DNA of 64,000 nucleotides. Origin: Paraspadella gotoi. Lineage: Eukaryota > Animalia > Chaetognatha. A model generated the notes under the pieces. The model saw only the letters and a program-made list of their open reading frames with translations. It had not been told where the DNA came from and did not search any database. The DNA lies in contig CM119267.1 in assembly GCA_051294375.1 (NCBI GenBank), forward strand, positions 18,392,992-18,456,991, written 5' to 3'. The position numbers were made by a program, and so were the translations under genes. Positions 1 through 13,000 of the stretch are shown piece after piece. How positions within the stretch are numbered: the stretch's first letter is position 1; the number at the start of each line of letters is the position of its first letter.

Positions 1-568
1 TCCTCATGAACATTGAACAATGTCAATTTTTTCCTAAGAAAGTCTTTTGTCTCTCACCTTCGGGACATGAATGGTCTTTGGTCTGAAACTGAGGATTGGG
101 TTCCCGCGGGAGAGTGGCGCTTCCCAAGCTTCCGTCGATGTAATAAGCGCGGTAATGGTCGGCCACGTTGGAGGCCGAAGCGTTGATTTTTTTCGCCACG
201 TCTTCCCAATTGCCGAAACTGATAAGAGACGAGAGGCACAGTTTAAGGCTGAAATTCAACAAGACCCGCCATACTAAATATCATGTTCAAAATAAACCAA
301 CGGACCCGAAATGCTCGACAGTTTCAACGAGATCACACTCGTTGGTGGCCTGCCATTGGTTGGCCCCTTCGAAGATCGGAAAGGATCCGCGGTCGGCCAG
401 ACTATAGGCGTGCCCGCGCTTGTGGGAGCCCATCTCTGCTCCACACGCCAAGCACTTGAGGCAGAGAGGCAGATCTTCGCAAACAGCGCAGACGGCGCCG
501 ATGCCCAGAATCTCATCCTGGCAATAGGTGCAGAATACGCGCGGAGTCGATTCTGAAGGCGCCGCCAT
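1..568 (-). CDS. TADA2B: Transcriptional adapter 2-beta (Ada2b), 5' part; runs off the left edge
   Basis: ATG at 568: MAAPSESTPRVFCTYCQDEILG..CAVC..LCLKCLACGAEMGSHKRGHAY (ZZ zinc finger), then SANT domain (W..NECDLVETVEHFG / FGNWEDVAKKI) split by a short intron. Confidence 0.85.
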
Positions 569-1045
569 GGCGAATTGACAGTTTTGAAGATTAGACGAGA
601 AGTTAGCTACTTTTTTTCGTGGCACAAGGTTTTCGGTTAATGATTAATCGGGGTGAAGATCGCGCGGCTCCTTGGTCTCCCCGGACGCGACCTTCCTTTC
701 TATTATTAAAAAAAAAAACGAGGCATAGAAAAAAAATAGAATAAAGGTGTTATATATCAAATGAGCTACGGTCGACACAATCTCGCGCCGATCGTAATTG
801 AAAAAAAGCACATCTTTTAAATATCAATCTGAAGCTGAGCTAAGAATAACGAATCAAAAGAACAGAACATAGTAATGAAGTCATTGGAGATCGCTGTTAA
901 TGAATCTTGATTGTAACGAGAAAAACAAGTCAGTCAATCATTTTCGGTTACGTATCACAGGAATTCGCAAGATTAGGTTAATTTTTTTTCGTAAGGCCAT
1001 GAAGATTTTCCATGAGTTCGAATGTTTTCGCCTTAAATTCCACGA

Positions 1046-4000
1046 TCAAAAATCTTCGGGGATCGATCGACTAGTTGAGTCTTTGTTGGAACTTATGAAG
1101 TCTTTGAGCGCAAATTCGTCACGACCTTCTCGTCTCATCGACAAATAGACCTAAAAAAATACTCGGTCCAGTTGGTATTGTTATTTTTAATATTGCAGCG
1201 TCTTTCAGCATTGAACCGCAAAGGTCGACAACAAACTCCTAATTCGTTCGAACAAATGCTTACTTGGGGTTCACCAGTTGGTGCCTTTTCGATCTTCTTC
1301 AAGACTCCGTGCAAACGACCACCCGTGAGAATTTTCGAGATGATTTCCAGATTAGGGTGATCCATTAACTTACTCATGTCCGCCAATTCCGCGGCCATCC
1401 CTTTAGTAGATCTCCTCCGGGGAATAAGCCCCTCTACGGGGAGGTGTCGAAGGTTGATCACTTTCACCTCATCCGAGTTTCCCCAGTCCACGAAAGCAAC
1501 CTGACGGAAAAAATAAACTGAAAATAGGCTTTTAAATAGGAAACAATAAAAAACTTACGATAGCCGAATCTTGATGCCCTGTCTGCGGAGGTTCGATGAT
1601 TTGACCGCGGTACCATAGACCATCTTGCTCCCAAAAAGCGGCGCAAACCATATTTCTGACGGGATTCTTCATGAACGGCCACGTATGGGCGTTAGTCTGC
1701 GAAAAAAAATTGTGCAATGTGCATGTTATAATTTATGCACGTTTATATCTTAATTATTTTTATTATTTTATTACTATTTTCTAACAATAATTTTAATGAA
1801 AAATAAATATATATTATATAAATATAATATATGTAAATAATATATAAAAATAAATGTATAAATAAATAAATATTTTTAATTAAATATGTTTAGGAATATG
1901 TCAATATCAATAAAACAAAAATAAATATTATTAATCTTAATTTATCAAATATATCACATATTTAATAAAAATAAGTTTTTAGACGTTTTCATAACATTTA
2001 AATAGAGATTCTTAGTGGGAAGTACAAGTGCATTTATTTTTTTGCTAATATTTTTATTCACATAGCGGAATCAATCAGAGAGAAGTAGAGAAAGAGAGAG
2101 ATTGGCTGATTTTTAATTAGGTCATTTGAAGCGGAGAGAATACGAGCGATTGTCAAAAACAAGAAATATATTTTCGGAACGAAAATTATATGACACGGAA
2201 GAAAAAGCAAATCAACGAATTGATCTTCCCCGGAATTCCGAGAGAGGGAGGAATGAGAGAGGGAAAGAAGAGGAGAAAGAGAGAGAGAACAAAAGACTCG
2301 CTGCAGCCCCCCCAGTGGTGCGCCTGAAGGCGTGGCACGCAACACAGTAAGAGTCAAAAAGGTGAAAAGTCATCTTGCTGAATGAAGGCCGGAGGATGAA
2401 AGTGCGGAAGGTTGGCGGGGGCTTGGGCTGTCGGAGCCTGCGGGCGACCTCTGGCGCGCGTGGCCGCCAACTGGACTTCTACGGAAGGGTCCACTACGCA
2501 GGGCTTCAATCGATCAACGGAGACGTCGTCCTCCGCGGTGCCCAAGGCGATACGGAACGTCTTGTCGCCGGGGCGGACAACTCGGAATGGGCCATCATAC
2601 GGTGGCTGCAGTGGGCCGCGATGCGCGCTCATGGCGGACAAAGACGAAACGGGAGTTTTGCAGTTGAGGCGGAACGTAGGAGGAACGTGCCCCGTGGCGG
2701 GTCCCGGGAACAGGGCGGAGGAGGGCGACGTCATTACGGAGATTGCGAAGGAATTGTGCGGTATCAGCGCCTCCAGTGGGAGGCGCCACGAAGTCACCCG
2801 GCAGAGTGAGGGTGTCGCATAAACGAGTTCTGCGACGGAGGCGTTGAGGTCGTCCTTCGGAGTTGTTTCGGAGGCCCAAGAGGACCCACGGTAACTGGTC
2901 CATCCAGTTGCTGTCTTTAAGGCGTGCGCGAAGGGCGGTTTTAAGGTCGCGGTGGATGCGTTCCACGATCCCGTTGGATTGCGGGTGAAAGGCCGTGGTG
3001 TGGATGATTTGGGTCCCAAGCAGCTCGCCGAGTTGCGACATACAGCTGAGGTGAACTGGGCACCGCGATCCGAAGTCATCCGTGCCGGGACCCCGAAACG
3101 GCTGATCCAAGATGAAAGGAGGGCGCGAAGCAAGAGTCATCGCCGACGTATCGGGAACGGGGATGACTTCCGGCCATCGTGTGAAGCGGTCGACGATGGT
3201 GAAGATATGGGCGTGGCCCCGAGACATCGGGAGCGGCCTCTACGACGTCAACATGGATTGGAAACGCTTCTCTGGCGAGGTAAGGTTTGCAGGGGCGCCG
3301 CGGTATGCCGATCGATCTTAGCCCGCTGACAAGCGTGCAGCGCGGGTCCAGGCGGCGACATCTTTGCATACAGAGGCCAGAACGTAGCGACGTGTGACGA
3401 GGCGTTTGGAAGCATTAATGCCGGGGTGTGTATAATGCCATGAACAGTGTCGAACATCTTTCGCCGCCAGGAGAAGAAGGAGACGAGTGCGCCTCTGCAC
3501 CCCAGTCGAAACGTCGCACAAAGACAGTGAGTGGCGGACCTATTGCGACGTCTTGCAGGCGCAGCCCGGTTGTCGGATTCCGAGGGATCGACGGTGTGTA
3601 AGCTCATGCATCAGTGATCCGTGTCTGGTCACCAGCAAGAGCAGAGAAGTCAACGCCGGAGGCGACAGATATGCAGATACATATGCGCGAGAGAGTATCA
3701 GCTACGACGTTCCTCTTGCCTTCGATGTGCCGAATGTCCGTCGTGAACTCGGCAATGGCGCTGAGTTGTCGGCGTTGGCGGTCGTTCCATGGGTCCTTCA
3801 CCATGGAGAGGGACGGTACGAGAGAGTTCTGGTCCGTGAAAAGGGTGAAGGGGCGCCCATAGAGGAAGTGCCGAAAATGCCGAGTCGCGAGATGGGCGCC
3901 GAGTAGTTCGCGGTCATACGCTGAACGGGACGCCTCCGATGCCGTCAACTTGCGGCTGAAAAAGGCGAGCGGACCCAGTTGCCATCGATGTTCTGTTCCA

Positions 4001-7000
4001 GGACTCCTCCAACAGCCACGTTGGAGGCGTCAACGGTGAGGGCCGTCGTTGCGCCCTCGACGGTGGGCAAGGAGTGCCGCTGATGAAAGGGCTTCCTTGG
4101 CGGCGTCAAAGGCAGCGATATTTATGTCCGACCATTGAAGGATGCCCTTCTTCTGCTTGGCGAGGTTGGAGGGGCGCAAGTACGTGCGCGGCGTGAGGGA
4201 TGAAACGATGGTAGAAGTTAATCATACCTAGAAAGCGCAACAAACCGGGAACGTCAGTGGGGCGTGGAAAGCGATGGATGGCGTCGACTTTGTCCGGGAG
4301 CGTCGTGATCCATAGCTGCGTGACGCGATGACCCAAGAAGTCGACGGAGGCTGCCCCGAAAACGCATTTGGCCTTGTTGACAACTAGGCCGTGCTCCTCT
4401 AAGCGGTCGAAGAGTAGAGCGAGGTGGCGCCGGTGTTCGTCTTTACTGGCGCTGGCGACGAGTATGTCGTCCAAGTAGACGAAGACGAAATCAAACCCGC
4501 GGCAGACGTAGTCCATAAGGCGTTGGAACGTCTGTCCGGCGTTCTTTAGTCCAAATGGCATGCGCGGAAACTCCCAAAGCCCGAAAGGTGTCGCGACGGC
4601 AGTCTTTTTAATGTCTTCCGTGCCACCGGGATCTGGTGGTAGCCCTTCACCAGATCGATTTTGGAGAAAATCGTCTTACCCGCAAGGTTGGCCGTGAAAT
4701 CTTGTAGGCGTGGAATTGGATAACGATCATCGTCTGAGGCGCAGTTGAGTCGACGGAAGTCGCCACAGGGGCGCACGCTGCCGTCCGGCTTAGGAGCGAC
4801 GTGGAGCGGCGACGCCAAGGGCTGTGGAGCGGCGCACGATGCCCGCTGCCTCCATAGCCTCGAATTCCTTTTTCGCTTGAGCCAACTTTTCGGGAGAAAG
4901 GCGGCGCGGGCGTGCGAAGACCGGTGGACCGGAAGTGACGATGTGGTGATAAACGCCGTGCTTTGGCGTAGTGCTGTCGAAGGTGGGCGTGGTCAACGCC
5001 GGACGATCGAGGAGGAGCTGCTCAAACTCGTTTGAGACGTTGGCGATGATCCGCGTAGGAACGTTGGACGACATCTGCGCGCGGATGGATTCAAAGGTAG
5101 CGGCGTCGATGAGGCGCTTGTTCCCGAGATCCACCAATAATCCGTGCTGGCGGAGAAAATCGGCTCCGAGAATCGGGCGGACGACGTCCGCAACGACGAA
5201 GCGACCGGTGAGGCGTTTGGACGTGAGCCTCAGAGTCATAGTTCGGGCGCCGTAAGAACGGATCCGCCGTCCGTCAGCGGCGTTGAGGGGTGGGGACGAC
5301 TCGGCGTTCCAACGCCGGTCGTAAGGTGAGGGCGGAAGAGGCTCACTTCCGCGCCTGTATCCACAAGAAACTCGAGTCCGGAGTCGTAGTCGTGAACAGA
5401 GAGAAGAGGCGTGCCGTTGCCGACCGTGCTCACTGCGGGCGGGCGGCCGAGGCGTTTCCCGACGCCAAAGAGCATGGTAGGCGGCAACTACGAGCGCGGG
5501 CGCCGAATTCCGCGTGATAACGGCAAAAACGCGATCGTCCGGGCCATCGGCGGCGAAATCCCTTTTAGCGGCATCGGCGCCTTTGATGCGGTGCCGGCGG
5601 TTCCCTTGATCTTTCGGTTGCCGCCTCTCCGACGGCGGGAGTCGAAAGCGGCAGCTGCGAGCAGCGGGTCCGCCGCGTCGGGAGCTGCGGTGCTGCGGGC
5701 GAGCCCGGGCTGTGCCGGTCTGTAGAGATAACGGAAATGGGCGACGGGCCGCGCTGATTCGCGTCGTTTGACGGCGGTCACCGCTTCGTCGATGTCCGTC
5801 GGGGAAAAAGAGGAGAGAAACTCTTCGTGTGCGCCGCCTGCGTAGCTGTGAACGAAGACGGCGGTCGCGATCTGATCGAGTGAAAGTGAGGCAATATCGC
5901 GCTTGATTTTCGCGGCGTAATCGTCGGCGTTTTCGCCGCGATCGCCGCCGTAGAGGAGGGATGAGGCGACTCGATGTTTTCCGGCGTGTAACGGCGTCGG
6001 ATCTCCGCGACAATCTGTTCGTAAGGTCGTTCGGACGGGCGTTCGAGCGCGACGGGCCCGAGGCGAGTCAGTTGGCGCGATGTCAACTTGGCGATGAGAT
6101 GAAAGTATTTCGTAACTGAAGAGGAAATTCGCCGAATCGCGAAGATCGCCTCGCATCGCTGTATCCAAGCGATGGGCGACTCTTCGTCCCAGTCCGGTAG
6201 AGAGACGTTGATGTGGCCGACATTCGCGTCGAATTCCGAGTCGGTTGCGTGTTCGTTAGGGTAGGACGTAGCCATTAGTCGTTGAGCGTCGAGGATCAAC
6301 AATGAAGCGGAGAGAATACGAGCGAATGTCAAAAACAAGAAATATATTTTCGGAACGAAAATTATATGACACGGAGCAAAAAGCAAATCAACGAATCTGA
6401 TCTTCCCCGAATTCCGAGAGAGGGAGGAATGAGAGAGGGAAAGAAGAGGAGAAGAGAGATAGAACAAAGACTCGCTGCATCATAATGCTGAACCAGAAAA
6501 ATGGCTAAGCCCTGGCCACCCCGATCCCGCACATCATCTTTTTTTATATTAAGAAGTTGAGATAATTTTTTAGGAGGGCATTCCAAGGGTCTGTCTTGAC
6601 TTAGTTTCCACAAAGACTATTTAAATATTAAATAACATGTGCATGCGATGTCCTTACTTTTTCCTAACATTCAGAAAATAGATTTCTGTTTACCATAAAA
6701 ATATTAATTAGCTAATACTATTATTAAATATATTATATTTTGTACATTTTTATATTAGTAATCACTTAAGAAGTTAATAATATTAATTTATATCTTAAAA
6801 AGATTCATGACAGTTTGCCATCTACAATGTCCAATTTAAAAAAAAAAAAAAAACACAAAATAAAAAAAAAACCAATAACCCACTTCCGAAAAAACCCAGA
6901 GGGCTGGGTGTTTAAAAAAAACAAAAAAAACAAATTATTGCCAACCCATATTGGCAATAATTTGTTGTTTTTTTTTTTGACTAATTGTTACCTGCATAAA

Positions 7001-10000
7001 CTTTTCGTAATTAATTGACTCGCGGCATTCTCTCTTCTTTTCAACGAGGACTGGGATCTCGTCGTACTGCGGATGATCGATGTCGTAGTGATAATAAAAA
7101 CCGTCGACGCCCCAAACTTGAATCTTGTAATAAAAGTCGACGCCGTCCGGGGCTGTCATGCGCATGAACCGCTCGGACGTCTTCTTTGCGAATCCTAAAA
7201 CGTGAAGGTAATGTAAAGCAATCTATCCACAATTTTTTTTTCCAAGTGCACTCACCTTCTGTTACCACGCCCGGTGTCTTTTTAACGCGCGCTTCGCGTA
7301 AATGATCTGAAGTAGCGACTTCTCCCAGATTGCCCCTGTGCAATCTTCCGGACGAGGCATTTGACGAGCAACTGGATAAACTGGCTTGGCTCTGGCTACG
7401 AGGAATCCCGGTCGATGGTGGAGGGCGATCTTCGATCATCTCGGCATAGTTCGACCAAACCATCATGCTGTGTAAGAGAATGTTGGTAGGTTTTTAGAGC
7501 TTATTAGTTTCTCCTCGTCATTCTGAGACTCCGCACTTACATTCCAAGCTCAGGAACGTTCCCCGCCGCTGCGACGCTGCCTGATTCGTCCTCGCGCTGG
7601 CATCGATCGATCAATAAGACTCCCTCCTCGTCGATAATTGGTAATCCGTTCGGGCCGTAAGTCAAACGACACCAGACAGTATGACCGACCAATAGATTAT
7701 GAATGTAGCTGATGGCATCAGCCGAATACGACTTTGTTCCTGGAAACACAATCGGACCGAGACAACTTGTTATATAAATAAAAGAAAATCTTATTAAAAT
7801 GTTTAAACCATAAAGTAACCTTTCAGGGGTCGTACGTGGGAGAGACGCATTTCCACAGCCATTTGAGGAAGTTCTTCTAGAGTTGGGTTAATTTTCGTAC
7901 GAATCTGATGAGAAGAAAGCAAACTAACTTTCCCGCGCTAAACCGCCACCACAATTAATAGCCTGGGATTAAATGCAATTGAAATGCAATTTCAATGTCT
8001 CACTTTATGCGGAAGAACTCGTTCCGTGTTGCCAAACTCTATAAAGGTGACGTCGATCTTGAGAACGCCGCCGTCGTCGACGATCTGGAAGACGCGGCCG
8101 CGGTACCACTTATCGTCGTCCTCCTGGTCGTATTGAGCCATAACCGCCTGACCGACCTTCAATTCCCCACCCAAATCGACTGGCTCTTGGTCGATGAAGA
8201 AAGCTTGGGTTTTGAGGGTCATCTCGTGGATGACGTTGTCGTCGTAAATCTGAAAAAGAATTTAAGTTTGATAACTAATACGTATATTAATGCATTTTAA
8301 AGCAAAGTGTACCCACCTCCGAGGGTGTGGCCCAAATGACGGCCCTTTCATCAACGTAAGTCACGAAGGCTGAGAACACGTGTTCGTTTTCGAAGAGCCG
8401 CGACCTTTCGGGGGTGAGGAAAAGTTTCCAACGCGGAAACTCGTGGGATCGATCGCGAACAATATCCGCTTTCGTCGACAATTCGGTCGACGTCGCCGCT
8501 GCAGCTTCGATGGCAACCGCCCACTGCGACGCAAAGTCTGTCGTCGGTAATGGTGGTTCGGCGGCTGGTACCGGGGAAGAAACTCGTTCCGGGGTGGGGT
8601 CATGAAGGGAAGGCACGGAGGAGGAAGGCTTTAGCTCGGGAATCTCGTCAGTCTCGGGCGACGTGTCTTCAGACCTTAGATCCACGGGGAACGTTTTTGA
8701 CGAAAGCGGCTTCGGCTTCGTCGCCACCTCAAGTATCGTCGGCGGAAAGGCCACCAGATCAGGGACAGAAGAAACACATCTCATCGCCTGGTGGGCCGAG
8801 TCTTCCGTCGGATCAAGGGTCGGCGGCGCTGTCTCTAACTTTGGGACATTAGCTGGCGAGGGAATACGCGCGGGGCTCGGCAATGCGCTGTCGTCCGTCC
8901 CAAGAAACCTCGGTGGGTTTTTGAACGCCAAACCCTAACCGATATTTTAATTTCAATAGTCGACCAAAAAAAAACAAACAAAAAAAAACAATAAAAAATC
9001 TTTTTTGAGTAAGGACTAACTTTCTCGATTAGTAATTCGGCCACGTCTTCGTAAGTCATCTTCGCCGGCTCCAAAGCAGTTTCCGATTCAACGTTTTTTA
9101 TGTAAAGCTGAATGGCGAAACGATTGGGCGCCGTTTCTACAAACTTGGTAAAACAAGTCTCGTGTTTGGTGACTAGATCATGAAATTCTTCGCAGGCAAC
9201 CTGAAATAGAGATGGTCAAAATATGACAAATATAATATCAAAATGCATTTAGACTTAACTTAATTTTTAACGTTTAACGTTTTAAAAATCGTTATTTCGT
9301 CTCGACTCATCCACCTCTGCCTTGTTCTCCTCTTCATTTTCATTTTTCTTTTTTTGTAGAAGCAAAAATTCTTTTTTTTTCGTTTCTCATTGTATCTTCG
9401 AAAACAAGTCACTTAGTTGATTGTAACCTTTTCAGTCACAAGTGTACCATTTAATCTTACTTTAACGAAAGATAAATAGACATACTGACCAAAAAGTGAC
9501 TGAAGTCTAAATATCATAAAAAGCATTACTGCATTACTAATATATTTTATGAATCTCATGACTTTGTCTGGAACAGCGAACAAAAAAACAACCTGCGACC
9601 AAGAAGAACCGCCGGACGGATAAGCGTTGAGCAAGTGGCTTTCAAGCGCGAATGCGTTGGTCGTTTTGAACTCGTCCGATTTGAATTCGCGAAGATCCTT
9701 TTCTTTGACCACTTTGTCTTTGCCAGTGTCGAGGAGGTTTACCCTGACCTTTTTGCCGGGCAACGCCTCCAAAATGGTGACTCGGCACCACTTGTCCAGA
9801 TTGTTGTACTCTTGAAAAATAATGTGGGCGGCGCAACTGACTCCGACCGCCCAATCCCTGAAGGGCTCATCCATCCCGTCGCACTCTTTCTTCAAGCGCT
9901 TTTCCATTTGCTTTAGATCGTCTTTGGCTTTGGAAATTTGAATGTAGAATTTGTCTGTGAAAAAAAAAAGATTTGTAAGCACTATGCGGCGGAAGAACAA

Positions 10001-13000
10001 AGCTATCCGAGTAAGCAATGTACCGGGCCTTAGAGCGTGACTGATAGTGATGGACTGACGTTGATCTTTGGTAGTCTTCCTGACGCCCGCGGGCAAATCT
10101 CCGTTTTTTTCTTTTTCCTTCTCCTTTCCCTTTTCCTTTTTTCGCTTTTCAGCCCTTTCCTCCTTCGATCGCGACTTTCGATGCTGGGCGGGAGAGTTTT
10201 CGGAATCCGATCGAGGCTCTGGAGACTTGGATCGACGGGGAACTGACGAAAGAAAAAGAGTAAAGCCAAAGGAACGCTAAAAATTAAATCCTTAAGAAAA
10301 AAATCTTAAAAGTATAGTGATGCGATAATAACCAAATATTGATACAATGATAACAAAAGATTAAAATCATTCATGGATGCGATGAGTCATTCATTGACGC
10401 GATGATAATCATTCATTGACACGATGATAATCATGATTTGCAACGATGATAATCANNNNNNNNNNNNNNNNNNNNNNNNNNNNNNNNNNNNNNNNNNNNN
10501 NNNNNNNNNNNNNNNNNNNNNNNNNNNNNNNNNNNNNNNNNNNNNNNNNNNNNNNNNNNNNNNNNNNNNNNNNNNNNNNNNNNNNNNNNNNNNNNNNNNN
10601 NNNNNNNNNNNNNNNNNNNNNNNNNNNNNNNNNNNNNNNNNNNNNNNNNNNNNNNNNNNNNNNNNNNNNNNNNNNNNNNNNNNNNNNNNNNNNNNNNNNN
10701 NNNNNNNNNNNNNNNNNNNNNNNNNNNNNNNNNNNNNNNNNNNNNNNNNNNNNNNNNNNNAACGCTAAAAATTAAATCCTTAAGAAAAAAATCTTAAAAG
10801 TATAGTGATGCGATAATAACCAAATATTGATACAATGATAACAAAAGATTAAAATCATTCATGGATGCGATGAGTCATTCATTGACGCGATGATAATCAT
10901 TCATTGACACGATGATAATCATTCATTGACACGATGATAATCATTCATTGACACGATGATAATCATTCATTGACACGATGATAATCATTCATTGACACGA
11001 TGATAATCATTCATTGACACGATGATAATCATTCATTGACACGATGATAATCATTCATTGACACGATGATAATCATTCATTGACACGATGATAATCATTC
11101 ATTGACACGATGATAGTCATTCATTGACACGATGATAGTCATTCATCGTAAATAAACATGAGTGTTTAAGTGAGAGAGAGAAAGAAAGAGAGAAAAAGAG
11201 AAAAAAAGTAAAAGAGAAGCTGGACAACCGCTGGACAGCCGCTGCAGAGCGGTCTCGTTTTTAGACGAATCAAAAGAGGCAGCGATGAAAAAAAAGAGCG
11301 ACATATATTTAAAATGTAATAGTAATTTATAATAGTTTTTATATGAAATATGTGATGATGATGAGAAGCTTTGGTTACACACTTTTACAATTTCCAATTA
11401 TAAAAAAGGGTGACGACGACGGCACAAAGAAGCAATTCTAAACAATTATATCGCCAAGACGGGCTTCAGCCCGTCTGGCGAGATAAAACCTTCTTCCACG
11501 TCGGCGACAAATCGTTTCAGGTCGTCGCCGCCCTCCATCGCCGCCTTTACGGCCTCGTCTACTCGGTTCACGCGACGAGATCGCAACTGGACGATGTGTG
11601 GGTCGCCGGGCTGTCTCGGCGAAGAAACGATCGTTCCGTCAAAAATACTCTCCGGCAAAAGGGTCAACTGTAAGTTGAAAATTTGTATATATTTTTACTA
11701 CTCAGTTCAATTGATAAGGTCCGCCAAAGTAAGAATTGCTCTCGCTCACGTCGTTAATGCGTTCTAACGCCCTTTTTCCCAATTCTAGATTCGTTTCGTC
11801 GTAGTCGCAAATGTCGGCGCACGGCAGCGAGCATTTAATCGCCAACGGCGTCATCACTAAGAAATCGTCCAAAAGCTTTTTAACGTTCCAAATGCTAGTC
11901 TTCTGCCGATTTCCGTAGTCGACGAACTCGACCTCGACAGTTCGTTTGCCAATGATCTTTAAAAAAATGTAAAACGATAAAACACTTCCATCAAACGCAG
12001 AAGACGAGGAAGCAGAACTTTTCAGCCCGTAAAGAAAAAGGCCTAACCTCTTTGACGAGGGCACGATACCAAAATTCGTCCGCGTTAAACTTTGCGGCGC
12101 AAACCATGCCGGGTTGAGGACAGAAAAGCGTGTAGAATTCGGTAAAGTCCGAACTGTACACTTGCTGCAGCTGCCTCATCATGTCTTGCAAATGAGTGAT
12201 TTTACTAAAAAAAAATGAAGAGAATCGATATTTTCTGTTGAGAGGGTGAGAACAGGGAAGGCGAGAGTCATTACGATTAACGTTTACTTGGACGGGCTGA
12301 ATTGAACGTAAAACTCTTTAGGCGATTCAATGTGTGAAACATAAGTCTCGACAGTGACGTTGATTGGTGGGACTTCTGAACGCAGGTAGCGCCGCGAGTC
12401 GTGGATTGGGACAATGCTCTCCGGAGCTGCTCAAGAGAGGAGGGTCAGGATTAAGAGGCTTAATGCGCGGAAAACAACTTTTTTTTTAAATAACCCAGCA
12501 CTGACCCGAAAGATTGGAAGTAAAAACGGCGAATTCTAGAAATACAAGAGCGTCACGAACCGAGAGCGGTGCTTCCAAATTGATATCCGTCGAGTGGGCT
12601 TGATGCAGGTCGACCTAAAATTAAAAATAATTAGTTAGAAATTAGAGCTTGGATTGGATTTAAATCAAATCGACGAACCAAGTGATACCATACCTGCCAT
12701 ATCCCATCGATTTTTTCTCTGACAGACATAAGAAGTCGCTTGTCTCTAACCATATCGTGAAACTTGTTCAATGCTTCGTGACTGAAAAAGACAATTGCAA
12801 AAACTCGTAACAATGACGGTTGATTGTGAATCCCTTACTAAACTCTTACCTAAAAGCGGAAGCTCTCTTTGGCGGAGATATTCCGTGCAATCCACAGCAG
12901 AAAGCCTTTTCGGGAATGTTTTTAAACTTGCTAGGAAGTTCGCGGAACCAGGTGATGGGAATTCTTTCCACATTACCAAAGTCAATAAATAAGGCTTCCG

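Larger units (their letters stand above)
2127..6479 (-). mobile_element. Ty3/Gypsy LTR retrotransposon, CsRn1-like clade, full length but frameshifted
   Basis: Two ~178-bp LTRs with TG..CA ends; gag-like ORF (W..ESPIAWIQRCEAIFAIRRI..TKYF); protease FLVDTGAEVS; RT MPFGLKNAGQTFQR..YLDDILVAS; RNase H YDRELL..LFTD; integrase FTIVDRFTRWPE..HPQSNGIVER and PYDGPFRV. Polypurine tract GGGGGGG before the 3' LTR; degenerate tRNA-Trp-like PBS TTGTTGATCCTCGACG; probable TSD TCAT. Confidence 0.95.

Noticed and set aside
1740-2060. Extremely AT-rich tract
   Set aside because: Low-complexity intron sequence without periodicity or structure.
10273-10930. Direct duplication of ~170 bp flanking the N gap
   Set aside because: Typical scaffolding overlap artefact at a tandem repeat; the ORFs running through the Ns are meaningless.
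10855-11147. Regular repeat array as a possible CRISPR
   Set aside because: The units abut with no unique spacers, the context is a eukaryotic intron and there are no cas genes; it is a minisatellite.
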